A DNA stretch of 64,000 nt from Candidatus Iainarchaeum sp. (GCA_018304425.1 JAGVWE010000003.1:96001-160000), one strand, 5' to 3'; counted from the first letter of the stretch, positions 19,024 through 28,844 are shown. Translations and numbers: made by a program. Notes: generated by a model not told the origin, from the letters alone.

Positions 19024-19626
19024 ATGGCAGAACGAACCGTCAAACCCTTGAAGTACAAGTCGTTGAACGGCTTGACCGAGAAACAACTCGCCGAACACCA
19101 CGACGTGTTGTACGCGGGCTACGTCAAAAAAACCAACGAAATCCGGCAGAAACTCGCGAACGTGGACGTTGCCACGCCGAACGCGACCTACTCTGACCTG
19201 CGGGAGCTCAAGGTAGAGGAGACCTTTGCCTTGAACGGCGTCAAACTCCACGAGGGCTACTTCGACAACCTCGGAGGAGACGGTAAGGCGCACGGCGTCG
19301 TGGCCGACTGGATTGGGAAGGATTTCGGCTCCTACGCCAAATGGGAGTCGGAGTTCAAGGCCTGCGGCATCGCGGCCCGCGGCTGGGTCGTCCTGGCCTT
19401 CGACCTCGAGGAAGGCTGCTTGTACAACTTCGTGTGCGACGTCCACAACCAGGGCGGGGTCTGGGGAACGATTCCCCTGCTCATCCTCGACGTCTACGAG
19501 CACGCCTACTTCCTGGACTATGCGACCGGCCGAAAGAACTACATCGAGGCCTTCATGAAGCTCATCGACTGGAAGGTCGTCAACGAGCAGGTCAAGAAAT
19601 TCGGTCTCGACAAGTTCCGGAAGTGA
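19024..19626 (+). CDS. sod: Fe/Mn superoxide dismutase
   Basis: EHH..LYAGYV, NGVKLHEGYF, DVYEHAYFLDY. Confidence 0.94.
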   Translation: MAERTVKPLKYKSLNGLTEKQLAEHHDVLYAGYVKKTNEIRQKLANVDVATPNATYSDLRELKVEETFALNGVKLHEGYFDNLGGDGKAHGVVADWIGKDFGSYAKWESEFKACGIAARGWVVLAFDLEEGCLYNFVCDVHNQGGVWGTIPLLILDVYEHAYFLDYATGRKNYIEAFMKLIDWKVVNEQVKKFGLDKFRK

Positions 19627-19677
19627 CGCCACCCGCCTGGCGTCCTGTTTTTCTTTTTAACCCACAGTCTTTCCTGC

Positions 19678-21441
19678 ATGAACGTCCTGGGCATCGACGC
19701 CAGCCACAACACGGCCGCGCTGGTGAAGGACGGGCGGCTCGTGGCCTCCGCCGAAGAAGAACGCTTTGACCGGTGCAAGCACTCCAGAAACCCGCCAGTC
19801 CACGCCATCCGCTTCTGCCTGGAATACGCTGGACTAGCCGCGGCCGACGTCGACTACGTCGCGGTGGGCATGGACGAGGTCGACCATTACGCGGGGCTGG
19901 GGCTCATCCTCTCCAAGGTGCTGTTCGACGGCTATCCTCCCGGCCTCCTCCGCAAGCGGTTCAGCGTGCTACGCCACCACCTGTTCACCGACCCGGCCAG
20001 GCTCCGCACCCACTCGCCGTTGTCCAGCGCGTACTGGGGGAAAAAAGTCGACGCTGCCACGGACGGAACCGGGCTTTCCGCGGAAATACGGGTCATCCCC
20101 CACCACGTCGCGCACGGGGCCTGGGCCTCCCTGCCCACGGGCTGGAAAAATGCCTCCTGCCTGGTCGCGGACGGCGCCGGCGACTGGGAGTCCACCACGG
20201 CCTATGCCTATCACGACCAATCCATCGAATTCCTGCGCAAGGAAACCTACGCGAATTCGCTGGGCTTCCTCTACTTCAATGCCACCGATTACCTGGGCTT
20301 CGGCTTCCTCCAGGAGGGGAAGACCATGGGGCTGGCGGCCTACGGCGACCCCCAGGACGTTCCGGGCGCGGTCCTCGACCAGATCGTGCGCGTGCCCGGC
20401 GAGCTGAGCCCGTGGTACACCGTGGACTCCCGCATCCTGACCGACTACTACTATGGCCGGGGCTATTTGTCCCACTTCACCCGCCTCTTTGGGGCGCCCA
20501 AGCGGCCGCCCGGCCTCGAGGCAACGACGCCCCCTTATCCGGTCGCCGCCGCGGCCGTCCAGCGCTCGCTCGAAAAAGCGCTGCTGCACACTGTCAAAAA
20601 AGTCGTTGAAAGCACGGGCGAGAAGAAGCTGTGCCTGGGCGGCGGGGTCGCCATGAACTGCTCGGCCAACGGCAAAATCTGGGCCTCCGGGCTCGTCGAC
20701 GAATTGGCCGTGCAGGTGGCACCCATGGACAGCGGCACGGCGGCCGGCGCGGCGTTGAGGCTGGCCCAGCAGCTGGGGGAGAAACCGTTGGTCGAACCGG
20801 ACAGGTCCGACTGGGGCCCGGAGTTTTCGGATGCGGAAATCGAAAAGGCCCTAGAAGCCGCCGGCCTCCGCTTCGAACGCTGCCCAGGTAGCTCCATTGC
20901 CGGCAAGGCCGCGGACCTGGTGGCTAAGGGAAAAATCGTGGGCTGGTTCCAGGGCCGGATGGAGTTGGGCGCCCGCGCGCTCGGCCACCGCAGCATCCTC
21001 GCCAACCCCGGCATCAAAGGAATGAACGACCGAGTGAACCGCGTCAAGCACCGGGAGCTTTGGCGGCCCTTCGCCCCCTCCATCGCCGCCGAGCGCCTGG
21101 GCGAATACGTGCAAAAACCCTGCCCCTCGCCTTTCATGCTCATCGCCTTCCACGCCAACCCAAACGGGAAACGAGAGTTGCCCACCGTCATCCACGTCGA
21201 CGGCACCACCCGCGTCCAAACCGTGGACAAGCGACTCGAACCCCTCTACTACCGGCTGCTCCGGGAAGTCGAGGGCCACACCTCGCACCCCGCCGTGCTC
21301 AACACCAGCTTCAATGATGCAGGCGAACCCATTGTCTGCTCGCCCCGGGACGCCATCCGGTCTTACTTCGGCATGGGTTTGGACGCGCTCGCCATCGGGA
21401 ATTATTTGGCGTTGAACCCTGAGCCAGGGGCCAAGCGCTGA
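19678..21441 (+). CDS. Carbamoyltransferase (NodU/CmcH family)
   Basis: EEERFDR.KH, HHVAH, DGAGD, EGKTMGLAAYG, GGVAMNC, RALGHRSILA, RPFAP, NTSFN. Confidence 0.95.
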   Translation: MNVLGIDASHNTAALVKDGRLVASAEEERFDRCKHSRNPPVHAIRFCLEYAGLAAADVDYVAVGMDEVDHYAGLGLILSKVLFDGYPPGLLRKRFSVLRHHLFTDPARLRTHSPLSSAYWGKKVDAATDGTGLSAEIRVIPHHVAHGAWASLPTGWKNASCLVADGAGDWESTTAYAYHDQSIEFLRKETYANSLGFLYFNATDYLGFGFLQEGKTMGLAAYGDPQDVPGAVLDQIVRVPGELSPWYTVDSRILTDYYYGRGYLSHFTRLFGAPKRPPGLEATTPPYPVAAAAVQRSLEKALLHTVKKVVESTGEKKLCLGGGVAMNCSANGKIWASGLVDELAVQVAPMDSGTAAGAALRLAQQLGEKPLVEPDRSDWGPEFSDAEIEKALEAAGLRFERCPGSSIAGKAADLVAKGKIVGWFQGRMELGARALGHRSILANPGIKGMNDRVNRVKHRELWRPFAPSIAAERLGEYVQKPCPSPFMLIAFHANPNGKRELPTVIHVDGTTRVQTVDKRLEPLYYRLLREVEGHTSHPAVLNTSFNDAGEPIVCSPRDAIRSYFGMGLDALAIGNYLALNPEPGAKR

Positions 21442-21502
21442 CCCCAGCCGAAACTATATAAAATAATCGCTATCCAAGTTGTGTCTCTTCTCGGGGAAGC
21501 CC

Positions 21503-22249
21503 ATGACTACTGCGCCAGCCCAGCGGAAAACTTTGCACTCGGTTGTCTCCGGGGTCACCCAGCAGACCCATGACACGAAGTCCTTCCAAGTAAGGCTGCC
21601 AGAGGCCTTTGACTTCCAGCCTGGACAGTTCCTCATGCTTTCCCTGGAGGACCCCGGGAACCCCGACCTCAAAGGCAAGCAACGCGCGTACTCGATTGCC
21701 TCCTCTCCCACCACCCAGGAGTACGTGGAGGTCGTCATCAAGGAGACCCCCAACGGGTTCTTCTCCAAGTATATGGTGCGTGACTGCCGGGAAGGCGAGA
21801 AAGTCAAGTTCACGGGCCCCTGGGGGCACTTCGTCTACAACGAGTCCATGCCCGGGCATTTGGTGCTCATCGGCGCGGGCTCGGGCATCGCGCCCTTGCT
21901 GGCCATGATGCGGTATCTCACCGACAAGAGGCTTTCCAACAAGGCCACGCTGTTCTTCAGCAACAAGACCCGGGAAGACGTCATCTACGAGAAGAAGCTG
22001 GCGGAACTCCCGAGGCAGAACCCGAACCTCCGCGTCGTCAACACTCTCACCCGCGAAGAAGAAGGCGACGACTGGAAGGGCGAGCGCGGCCGGGTCTCCG
22101 CGGAGATGATCAAGAAGCACATCCCGGACGTCCATGGCGCCCTCTACTACCTATGCGGCCCGCCCCTGATGGTGGACGGGGTCGTCAAAATGCTCAAGGA
22201 AGAGCTGGGCGTCGACCCCGCGAAAATCAAGACCGAGAAATACGACTAG
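21503..22249 (+). CDS. FAD/NAD(P)-binding oxidoreductase (ferredoxin-NADP reductase-like)
   Basis: FQPGQF, RAYSIAS, GPWGHF, GAGSGIAP, YLCGPP. Confidence 0.93.
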   Translation: MTTAPAQRKTLHSVVSGVTQQTHDTKSFQVRLPEAFDFQPGQFLMLSLEDPGNPDLKGKQRAYSIASSPTTQEYVEVVIKETPNGFFSKYMVRDCREGEKVKFTGPWGHFVYNESMPGHLVLIGAGSGIAPLLAMMRYLTDKRLSNKATLFFSNKTREDVIYEKKLAELPRQNPNLRVVNTLTREEEGDDWKGERGRVSAEMIKKHIPDVHGALYYLCGPPLMVDGVVKMLKEELGVDPAKIKTEKYD

Positions 22250-22258
22250 GGGACTGAA

Positions 22259-22567
22259 TCAGGCCGTGCGCAACTCGATTTTTCCGTCGGCGCCTATTTT
22301 GAGCCGAAGCGTTTCCCCTTTCCGGAGTCCAAGCGCCCGCTGGGCTTCTTTTGGGATGCGGAGGATGAGGTTTGACCGCATCTGCCCGAGCTTCACCGGG
22401 AATTCGATGTGCTGGAGTTTGTTGAACAAGAGCAGGCGCTCGGCTTCCGCGCCATCAAAGTACTCTTCGCCGCACGCACACTTCCATCCCTTGATGTCAT
22501 GGCCTTGAAAGCGGAGGCTGGCTTCGGCCGCGATTTTTCCGCACTTTGCACAGATCATTCCCTTCAT
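22259..22567 (-). CDS. Zn-ribbon plus AbrB/SpoVT domain antitoxin-like protein
   Basis: CAKC...CACGEEY ribbon, then SNLILRIPKEAQRALGLRKGE AbrB motif. Confidence 0.8.
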   Translation of the reverse strand: MKGMICAKCGKIAAEASLRFQGHDIKGWKCACGEEYFDGAEAERLLLFNKLQHIEFPVKLGQMRSNLILRIPKEAQRALGLRKGETLRLKIGADGKIELRTA

Positions 22568-22578
22568 AAGTTCACGCC

Positions 22579-22851
22579 CTAAAATACGCCAACATGGGTC
22601 AATAACCAACACTCGGAATCCAGCGAATAGTTTACCGACTTCACCGCCACGACCTTCAATGTTTTCTCCCCCACTTGGACGCACCGTTCCACGCATTCCA
22701 CGCGCCGGGGACTGCGTGCGCAGTCCAAACCGCATTCGAGGATTTCGACTGCGTCTTCAAGGGTCATGGCATGCTTCGCCAACTCCTTGAAGGCCGCCTT
22801 GCTGGGAAGCACCGGCAGGCCCTTGAAGGACGGGTAAAGCAACTCACCCAC
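22579..22851 (-). CDS. Putative DUF4258/RelE-like toxin
   Basis: Small ORF upstream of the Zn-ribbon antitoxin; ...TLKVVAV...WLLTHVG C-terminus typical of such pairs. Confidence 0.55.
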   Translation of the reverse strand: MGELLYPSFKGLPVLPSKAAFKELAKHAMTLEDAVEILECGLDCARSPRRVECVERCVQVGEKTLKVVAVKSVNYSLDSECWLLTHVGVF

Positions 22852-23181
22852 CCCTAAACATATTCTTTAGGCATATGTCATTAATATATGTTCTTGTTTG
22901 CCTTGCGCAACAAAGCATACCAAAGCAAGCAGCCGAACCGATTATAAATTATTCGTCAATTGACGAATATATCTGGAAACCCTGAAGGCCCCCTAAACCC
23001 TGCCTGACCGGCGCGCTTCTTTCGGGCCTACGCGATTACACGCCCCGACCGAGGCCTGCTTCCCGAGGCCCAGGGAAGGAGGAAGGAAGCCAGGAAGCGC
23101 CCGCCAAATTAGCCGGATCAGGGCGGGGGACGGGAGGGGCGGCCCACCTAAACAGCCCCAAAAAAAGATATATTTAAATAG

Positions 23182-23505
23182 ATGTACGTGTATATACGTG
23201 TATGGTTGGTGATATACATTCCAAGTTATGGGCAAAGAGGAAAAGGCAATATTAGAGCGCAAAGGCGACGCGAGAAAGATAGGGCAAGGACAAGACGCTA
23301 TTTAGCGACGCACCCTCCAGCCGAAGGGGAAACCATCCCAATATCCATTAGAGTGCCAGCTGACCTCCTTGAAGAACTATCAATCATTCGAGAGCAAACT
23401 GGTGTTTCTGTGACATTCCAGATGATTAAGGCCACCAGGGAATACCTGGCAAAGAGGAGAGCCGCAATAGAAAACAGGGGTGAACAGTCCGATGACGAAT
23501 ATTGA
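23182..23505 (+). CDS. RHH/CopG-like DNA-binding protein (start uncertain)
   Basis: ISIRVPADLLEELSIIREQTGVSVTFQMIKATREYL. Confidence 0.65.
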   Translation: MYVYIRVWLVIYIPSYGQRGKGNIRAQRRREKDRARTRRYLATHPPAEGETIPISIRVPADLLEELSIIREQTGVSVTFQMIKATREYLAKRRAAIENRGEQSDDEY

Positions 23506-24061
23506 TCTATTAGGCGTAATACTGCCAGCACTCGAAAAATACTGGTGGGCACTATTGGTGGCGCTGGCGCTAATTATTATGCCCCAATTCCGGGCGGCGT
23601 TGATACGGGTCAGTGACCACGTTTTGGCCAATCTAGTCGAGCTCATTGGCGTTATCACGTCGGGTTTTTTGCTGCTGGCCAAGCAAGCCACCACACAGGT
23701 TTTTCAAGCAGTGGAAGTAAACCATGTCCAAAAGATTGCGGCGGAAGCGCTGCGAAAACCATATTTTAGCAACGATTGCCGCCGGCTGGTTTGGCGCAAC
23801 CCGGACCGTGGCTTCTATGAATGCTTCTACAATAAGGACAAGGAAGACCCCTACTCAAACAACCTGGTCCATCACTGGGTGTGGAAAAAGCACACGGGAA
23901 GCTATCCAAAGCCAGGCAACGAAATCAACCACAAGGACGGGAATAAGTACAACAACGACTTCAGCAACCTGGAAGAATTACCCAAAGAAGAACACCGATC
24001 AAAGCACGCAAGAAACGAAGTGCCCCTTCAGGCAAAAATAGCCCCATATTGCCTGCTGTAA
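23480..24061 (+). CDS. HNH endonuclease with N-terminal membrane segments
   Basis: VHHWVWKKHTG...EINHKDGNKYNNDFSNLEEL...EH.SKH phage-type HNH; hydrophobic YWWALLVALALII. Confidence 0.85.
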   Translation: MNSPMTNIDLLGVILPALEKYWWALLVALALIIMPQFRAALIRVSDHVLANLVELIGVITSGFLLLAKQATTQVFQAVEVNHVQKIAAEALRKPYFSNDCRRLVWRNPDRGFYECFYNKDKEDPYSNNLVHHWVWKKHTGSYPKPGNEINHKDGNKYNNDFSNLEELPKEEHRSKHARNEVPLQAKIAPYCLL

Positions 24062-24114
24062 AAGTGCACGAGAGCCAGTTTCCTGTGCCAAGCAAGAAAA
24101 ATACGGGCCTAATT

Positions 24115-24504
24115 TCACTTTTTCAAATATTGCTCGATTATTTTTTTAGTGGGGCGTGACACGTGAATTTTGCGTTTTCCGGGTTCATGCCAATCATAAG
24201 CCGCTATGCCGTGCCCCCGCTGTATTGGAGTGTCCTTCGCCCGAATAAAGAAGACCTTGTGCAATACATAGGGGGCGTCAAGATAATCAAACAAATATCT
24301 ACAAGTAAGAGCGCGTAAGTGCAGTTCTTCGTATAGTTCCCGTTTAGCTGCTTGCGCCCCCGTCTCGCCCGGCTCGACCCTGCCACCAGGCAAAATATAA
24401 AGTTGCTTGTTTGGGGTTTCACCGCGAACAACAAGGAAACGATGCCCCGACTTAGACCAATCTCTAACAATTGCCGTGCCTCTATGTCGTGGGGGCATAC
24501 GCAT
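24115..24504 (-). CDS. NUDIX hydrolase
   Basis: Nudix box GGRVEPGETGAQAAKRELYEE. Confidence 0.92.
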   Translation of the reverse strand: MRMPPRHRGTAIVRDWSKSGHRFLVVRGETPNKQLYILPGGRVEPGETGAQAAKRELYEELHLRALTCRYLFDYLDAPYVLHKVFFIRAKDTPIQRGHGIAAYDWHEPGKRKIHVSRPTKKIIEQYLKK

Positions 24505-24556
24505 AATCAGCACAAAAGCAATTAAAAGCCGCTGGGACACTAGATGACGCACCTAA

Positions 24557-24928
24557 TCAATACGGCAGATTCCCCGCCTTCTTGACCGCGCCCCACAGGA
24601 AGCCCCACATGATGATGATGTAGAGGAAGGCGCTGACGACGATGAAGGCCGGCGAGTACACGCGCAGGAGCGCCGCGGCCACCAGGGCCACCAGGACGTA
24701 ATTGCGTGGGATCATCATGGGCACGTTCATGACGACGAGCCAGGCGCCAAGGAAGAACTGGGCGAGGAACTCGTCCCCGATGATGCCGCTCAGAGTGAAG
24801 AACCCCGCGACCACGATGAGGAGCTTGAAGCGCGCGTCGTTGTTCTCCGCCTTCAGGAAGTAGATGGCGATGGCCAGGTAGACGCAGACCTTGACAACGA
24901 GGTTGTACAGGCTCAGCCAGTCCTCCAT
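24557..24928 (-). CDS. Small integral membrane protein
   Basis: Four to five hydrophobic segments, host-like codon usage, TATA-like box upstream. Confidence 0.7.
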   Translation of the reverse strand: MEDWLSLYNLVVKVCVYLAIAIYFLKAENNDARFKLLIVVAGFFTLSGIIGDEFLAQFFLGAWLVVMNVPMMIPRNYVLVALVAAALLRVYSPAFIVVSAFLYIIIMWGFLWGAVKKAGNLPY

Positions 24929-24959
24929 GCCACCTAGTACGGGTTTGAGGTTAATATAG

Positions 24960-25259
24960 TTATTTGGCTGGCCCGGGCCGGCAGTGCCTTTCCACCAGGG
25001 CTTTCACGTCTTCGGCTTTCACGCCCTTGTAGTACACGTTGTCGGGGAACACGGCCACGACGGGCCCTTGGCCGCAGTAGTCGAGGCACTTGGCTTGGCT
25101 GACGCGCACCCGGGACTTGAGGCCGCGCTCCTCGACCAGGGCTTTGAGCGCGTCCCTCACTTCCCTGCCACCCTGGGCCGCGCAGCAAGGCTTCCCGGCC
25201 TCGCGCTCGTTGACGCAGACGAAGAAGATTTTCTGGTAACTGGGCTTGAATTCCTGCAT
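24960..25259 (-). CDS. Thioredoxin-like [2Fe-2S] ferredoxin
   Basis: FVCVNER...CC...AKCLDYCGQGPVVAVFPDNVYY. Confidence 0.9.
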   Translation of the reverse strand: MQEFKPSYQKIFFVCVNEREAGKPCCAAQGGREVRDALKALVEERGLKSRVRVSQAKCLDYCGQGPVVAVFPDNVYYKGVKAEDVKALVERHCRPGPAK

Positions 25260-25292
25260 GCAGGGAATGGGCGGAATTGCGCTTAAAAGGCT

Positions 25293-26384
25293 TTGCAGGC
25301 AAGCATTTTTGGGGGAAAGGACTTGGACTTGTTCGCGGAATTCCGGAAGGCCTTGGAACAGTCGCGGGAAAAAAAGGCCCTGGCGTTGTTTGACGAGCTC
25401 TACGCCAAGAAAAAGGAGTTCTACCGCGTCTTCCGGCAACTCGTTCTCGCGGGCGCGCGGCACAAGCCAGGCAGGCGGGAAACGCATGCCTTTCTGCCGT
25501 TGAGTGCATCCCTGCAGTCCATGCAGTTCCTGCGCTCCCGCGAGGAAGTGGCCGTGATGATGCGGCGGCTCATCCGCTACCTGTGCGCCTTGGACCAGGA
25601 AAAGACCACGCTGGAACGGCCGCTGCCCGACCGGCCCCTGCACGAGCACACGACTGCCATGGTGCATGCGGCCGCCACCGGCATCGAAGAGAAACCGGAA
25701 CGCTTTGCCTTGGCGTGCGCGGCCAAGGAGTTAGCGGACTACGTGGGGCAGCCGGACGCGCAAACGGTGTTGGCAGCCCGCGGGCTCGGCTTTGCGCCTA
25801 GCCCGGAATCATTCACCCAATGGAGGACCCCGAAACGGGAGCCGGACGAAATCCTGTTGGCGGCCAGCGCCCGGGCCGGTGCGGCCAACGAAAACCTGGT
25901 GTGGGCCGCTTGCCTGCTCAAGTCCAGGCGCCTGTTTTCGCCAAAAGCGGAAGCCCATTTGCTTGCCTGGCTTGAAAGAAAAATGGGGGCCGGAAAAAAA
26001 GCGTTGACCCCGAAATCCATTGACCAGACCATTGGGAAAACGCATGGCGAGCTCGCGTTGGGCGAAGACGAAGGCCAGGCCCTGCTGGAGCACCTCCTCG
26101 AACCCAACCCGGCGCATGCCTTGTACGTGCTGCGGGAACTCATTGAGTGGCGCGTGGGCTTGCGCACGCTGTACCCTGCCTTCCTGATTGGCGGCTACTC
26201 CTGTGGTCCCGTGGAATGCCTGGATGCCTTGGTGGCCGTGAACGCGGCCTGCCAGGTCGCGGAACGCATCGAGAAACCCCTGGCCTTGATTCCCCTGGCG
26301 CAAGCCGTTCAAACCATTGCGGCCCGGTTGAAGGCCGGCCAGCGCGTGGAAATCCCGTCCAAGACCGTGTTCCCCTGGGAGTGA
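25293..26384 (+). CDS. Hypothetical alpha-helical protein
   Basis: 363-aa ORF filling the gap, host-like codons; no motif recognised. Confidence 0.6.
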   Translation: MQASIFGGKDLDLFAEFRKALEQSREKKALALFDELYAKKKEFYRVFRQLVLAGARHKPGRRETHAFLPLSASLQSMQFLRSREEVAVMMRRLIRYLCALDQEKTTLERPLPDRPLHEHTTAMVHAAATGIEEKPERFALACAAKELADYVGQPDAQTVLAARGLGFAPSPESFTQWRTPKREPDEILLAASARAGAANENLVWAACLLKSRRLFSPKAEAHLLAWLERKMGAGKKALTPKSIDQTIGKTHGELALGEDEGQALLEHLLEPNPAHALYVLRELIEWRVGLRTLYPAFLIGGYSCGPVECLDALVAVNAACQVAERIEKPLALIPLAQAVQTIAARLKAGQRVEIPSKTVFPWE

Positions 26385-26498
26385 TTCGTTCGTTGACCCA
26401 AAACATTATTAAAGGTTAAAGGCCCTAGTTTTGTTAGAGCAGACCCAACGGGAGCTTATTGCAATCGATTCTCATCAGTGGATTGGGGGGAAAGCGTT

Positions 26499-26726
26499 AT
26501 GCCCAAATGGCAAATCATTCACGAACACGACAAATGCATTGGTTGCGGGGCCTGCGCCGCCATTGAGCCCAAGCACTGGGTCATGGAAGGCGACAAAGCC
26601 CACTTGATGGAGTCCCGCAAAGAGGGCACCAACGAAATCAAGGAAGTCGAGCAACTCGACGGCAACCAGGAAGCAGCCGACAGTTGCCCCGTGCCCTGCA
26701 TCTTCGTCAAGAAAATACAGGACTGA
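26499..26726 (+). CDS. Single-cluster ferredoxin ([4Fe-4S]/[3Fe-4S])
   Basis: CIGCGAC...AADSCPVPCI. Confidence 0.92.
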   Translation: MPKWQIIHEHDKCIGCGACAAIEPKHWVMEGDKAHLMESRKEGTNEIKEVEQLDGNQEAADSCPVPCIFVKKIQD

Positions 26727-26784
26727 ACCCGCTCCATCCCTCCCTCTCTTTTCCCTTTAAATTCCCTTTCGCTCATGGACTTGC

Positions 26785-27849
26785 ATGGCGCGGAAACCCT
26801 TCAACCCGAAAAAACTGCTGCTGCCAGTCTTCGTCTTGCTGCTGGCGGCCCTCTTCATGCGCCTGGGCCCCACCTACCTTCCACCCATGCCGGCCACCCC
26901 ACCGGAAACGGTGGCCCTCCAGGCCGTGGACTGGTCGGCTGGCCCCGGGCTTGTCGCGATGCACTCGATTGACGTCGGCCAAGGCGACGCCAGCCTGCTC
27001 GTGTTCCCCGACGGCAAAACCATTTTGGTGGACGCGGGCAACAACGGCAAAGGCAAGGCCATCCTGGCCTACCTTGACCAAATCGGCGTGCAGCAGATTG
27101 ACTGGCTGGTGGCAACGAACCCCGACGCCGACCACGTGGGCGGAGTGGACGACGTCGTCGAAGGCATTCCTGTCAAAAACTTCCTCGACCCGGGAGTCAA
27201 CTGCGTGACCAAAACCTGCAGGGACAACGATGCGGCGCTCGCCAAGGCAGGAATCCTCAAGACCTTTGCCCACCGGGGCGAGGCCCTGGACCTGGGCGAC
27301 GGGTTCAAGGTCGGCATCCTCAACCCGACAAAACCCCTGTCCTTCGACAAGGAAAACAACAACTCCATCGTCTTGTTCGTGGACACCCAAGGCAAGGACT
27401 TCCTGTTGCCAGGCGACTGCGAAAAAGAATGCGAGGCCCAACTCGTGCAAGCCTTTGGAGACCAGCTGAAGGCCGACGTCTACAAGGCCGGGCACCACGG
27501 CAGCCGCACGAGCTCCACCCAGGAATTCCTCGACCAAATCAAGCCCTCAATAACCGTGGTCTCCGCCGGAAAAGACAACCGCTGGGGCCATCCCCACCCG
27601 GAGACCCTGGAAAAACTCAGGACCATGAACGCGCGCGTCCTCCGCACCGACGAACTTGGAAACATCGCGCTCTACTCCGACCCAGCCCAGGGCTGCTGCC
27701 AGGAGTGCCGTGAAAGCCTCTCCCGGGATCCCCGCGGCGTGGGCCCTTCCGGAATCGCCTGCGCGTCGTACGGAAGCCAGTTGAGCCTGCTGTGCCGCGG
27801 GCAATTCGAGGCCGCGCCGAAGACGGCGGCAGAGTGCCTGGCCTCCTAG
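26785..27849 (+). CDS. ComEC/Rec2-like metallo-beta-lactamase-fold hydrolase, membrane-anchored
   Basis: IDVGQGDA, LVDAG, NPDADHVGG, ENNNSIV, PGD, GHHGS, NRWGHPHPE. Confidence 0.9.
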   Translation: MARKPFNPKKLLLPVFVLLLAALFMRLGPTYLPPMPATPPETVALQAVDWSAGPGLVAMHSIDVGQGDASLLVFPDGKTILVDAGNNGKGKAILAYLDQIGVQQIDWLVATNPDADHVGGVDDVVEGIPVKNFLDPGVNCVTKTCRDNDAALAKAGILKTFAHRGEALDLGDGFKVGILNPTKPLSFDKENNNSIVLFVDTQGKDFLLPGDCEKECEAQLVQAFGDQLKADVYKAGHHGSRTSSTQEFLDQIKPSITVVSAGKDNRWGHPHPETLEKLRTMNARVLRTDELGNIALYSDPAQGCCQECRESLSRDPRGVGPSGIACASYGSQLSLLCRGQFEAAPKTAAECLAS

Positions 27850-27922
27850 GCCCACCCGGAAAACCCAGCCGGCCTGCACGGACGCCACACCGGTTTTAAA
27901 CTGCTTGCATTCCCCTTACCCT

Positions 27923-28786
27923 ATGCTTGGACTCCTCTTCGCCCTCGCCAGCGGGGTTTTCGAAACCCTGGTTTGGGTGCAACTCAAGGGCGCCCAAAAG
28001 AGAGGCACCCCCCTCCCGGTGCTGTTCGGCGTCGGCACGCTCCTATACGCGCTGATGTCCCTGGCCCTGCTTCCCTTCGCTGACCTGTCCAAGCTGACCC
28101 CGACGATGTGGATGCTTAGCGCGGTCAGCGCCGCCATCAACGTCATCGGCTGGTACTTCATGTTGAAAGCCATTGAGCGGCTGGAAGTCTCCATCCTCGG
28201 CTCGTTCGCCGGGGTCTACACCGTGTTTGCGGTCCTGGCCGGCGCCTTGACCCTGGGCGAATGGCCCTCGCCCCTGGGCTGGGCTGGCATTCTCCTCGTG
28301 TTTTTCGGCCTGCAACTGGTCGACCGGTTCAAGCTTGTGACCGACCGCAGGCAACTGTGGAAAAACCCGGGCGTGCAAGTCCGCTTGGCTGCCATCGCAG
28401 CCTGGGTCATCGAAGTGTATTTCGTCAAGGAGGGCGTGGTGCTGGCCGGGCCAGTGAATTTCCACCTGCTCCGGAACGGCTTCCTGCTCCTGTTCGCGTT
28501 GCCCCTGATGTACGCGCTGGATGCCCGGGCTTTCCGCCGGTTTGCGGGCAAGCCCTGGCTCTGGGGCCAGGCGGCGGTCTGGGCGTTCTCCCGCAACGCG
28601 CAAATCTTCACCAGTTTGGTTGCCATCTCCCTCACCTTCGTCGGCTACGCCTCGGCCGTCATGAACACGAACATCCTGTGGACCCTGGCGCTGGGCCACT
28701 TCATGCTGGGAGAAAAACGGGTGCGCGAAAAACTCGTGGCCTGTGGCGTCATCACCCTGGGAGCCGTGCTCGTCAGCCTGGCCTGA
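27923..28786 (+). CDS. EamA/DMT family transporter
   Basis: About 10 TM segments in two repeats, LGE motifs. Confidence 0.85.
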   Translation: MLGLLFALASGVFETLVWVQLKGAQKRGTPLPVLFGVGTLLYALMSLALLPFADLSKLTPTMWMLSAVSAAINVIGWYFMLKAIERLEVSILGSFAGVYTVFAVLAGALTLGEWPSPLGWAGILLVFFGLQLVDRFKLVTDRRQLWKNPGVQVRLAAIAAWVIEVYFVKEGVVLAGPVNFHLLRNGFLLLFALPLMYALDARAFRRFAGKPWLWGQAAVWAFSRNAQIFTSLVAISLTFVGYASAVMNTNILWTLALGHFMLGEKRVREKLVACGVITLGAVLVSLA

Positions 28787-28844
28787 CACCCGAAACGGCA
28801 GCATTTTAAACCCCAAAGCCTTACTTGTATGGGTTTTGGGGGAA

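Noticed and set aside
22988-23140. SRP RNA
   Set aside because: No helix-8 GGAA-tetraloop/AGCA motif on either strand, and about half the expected length
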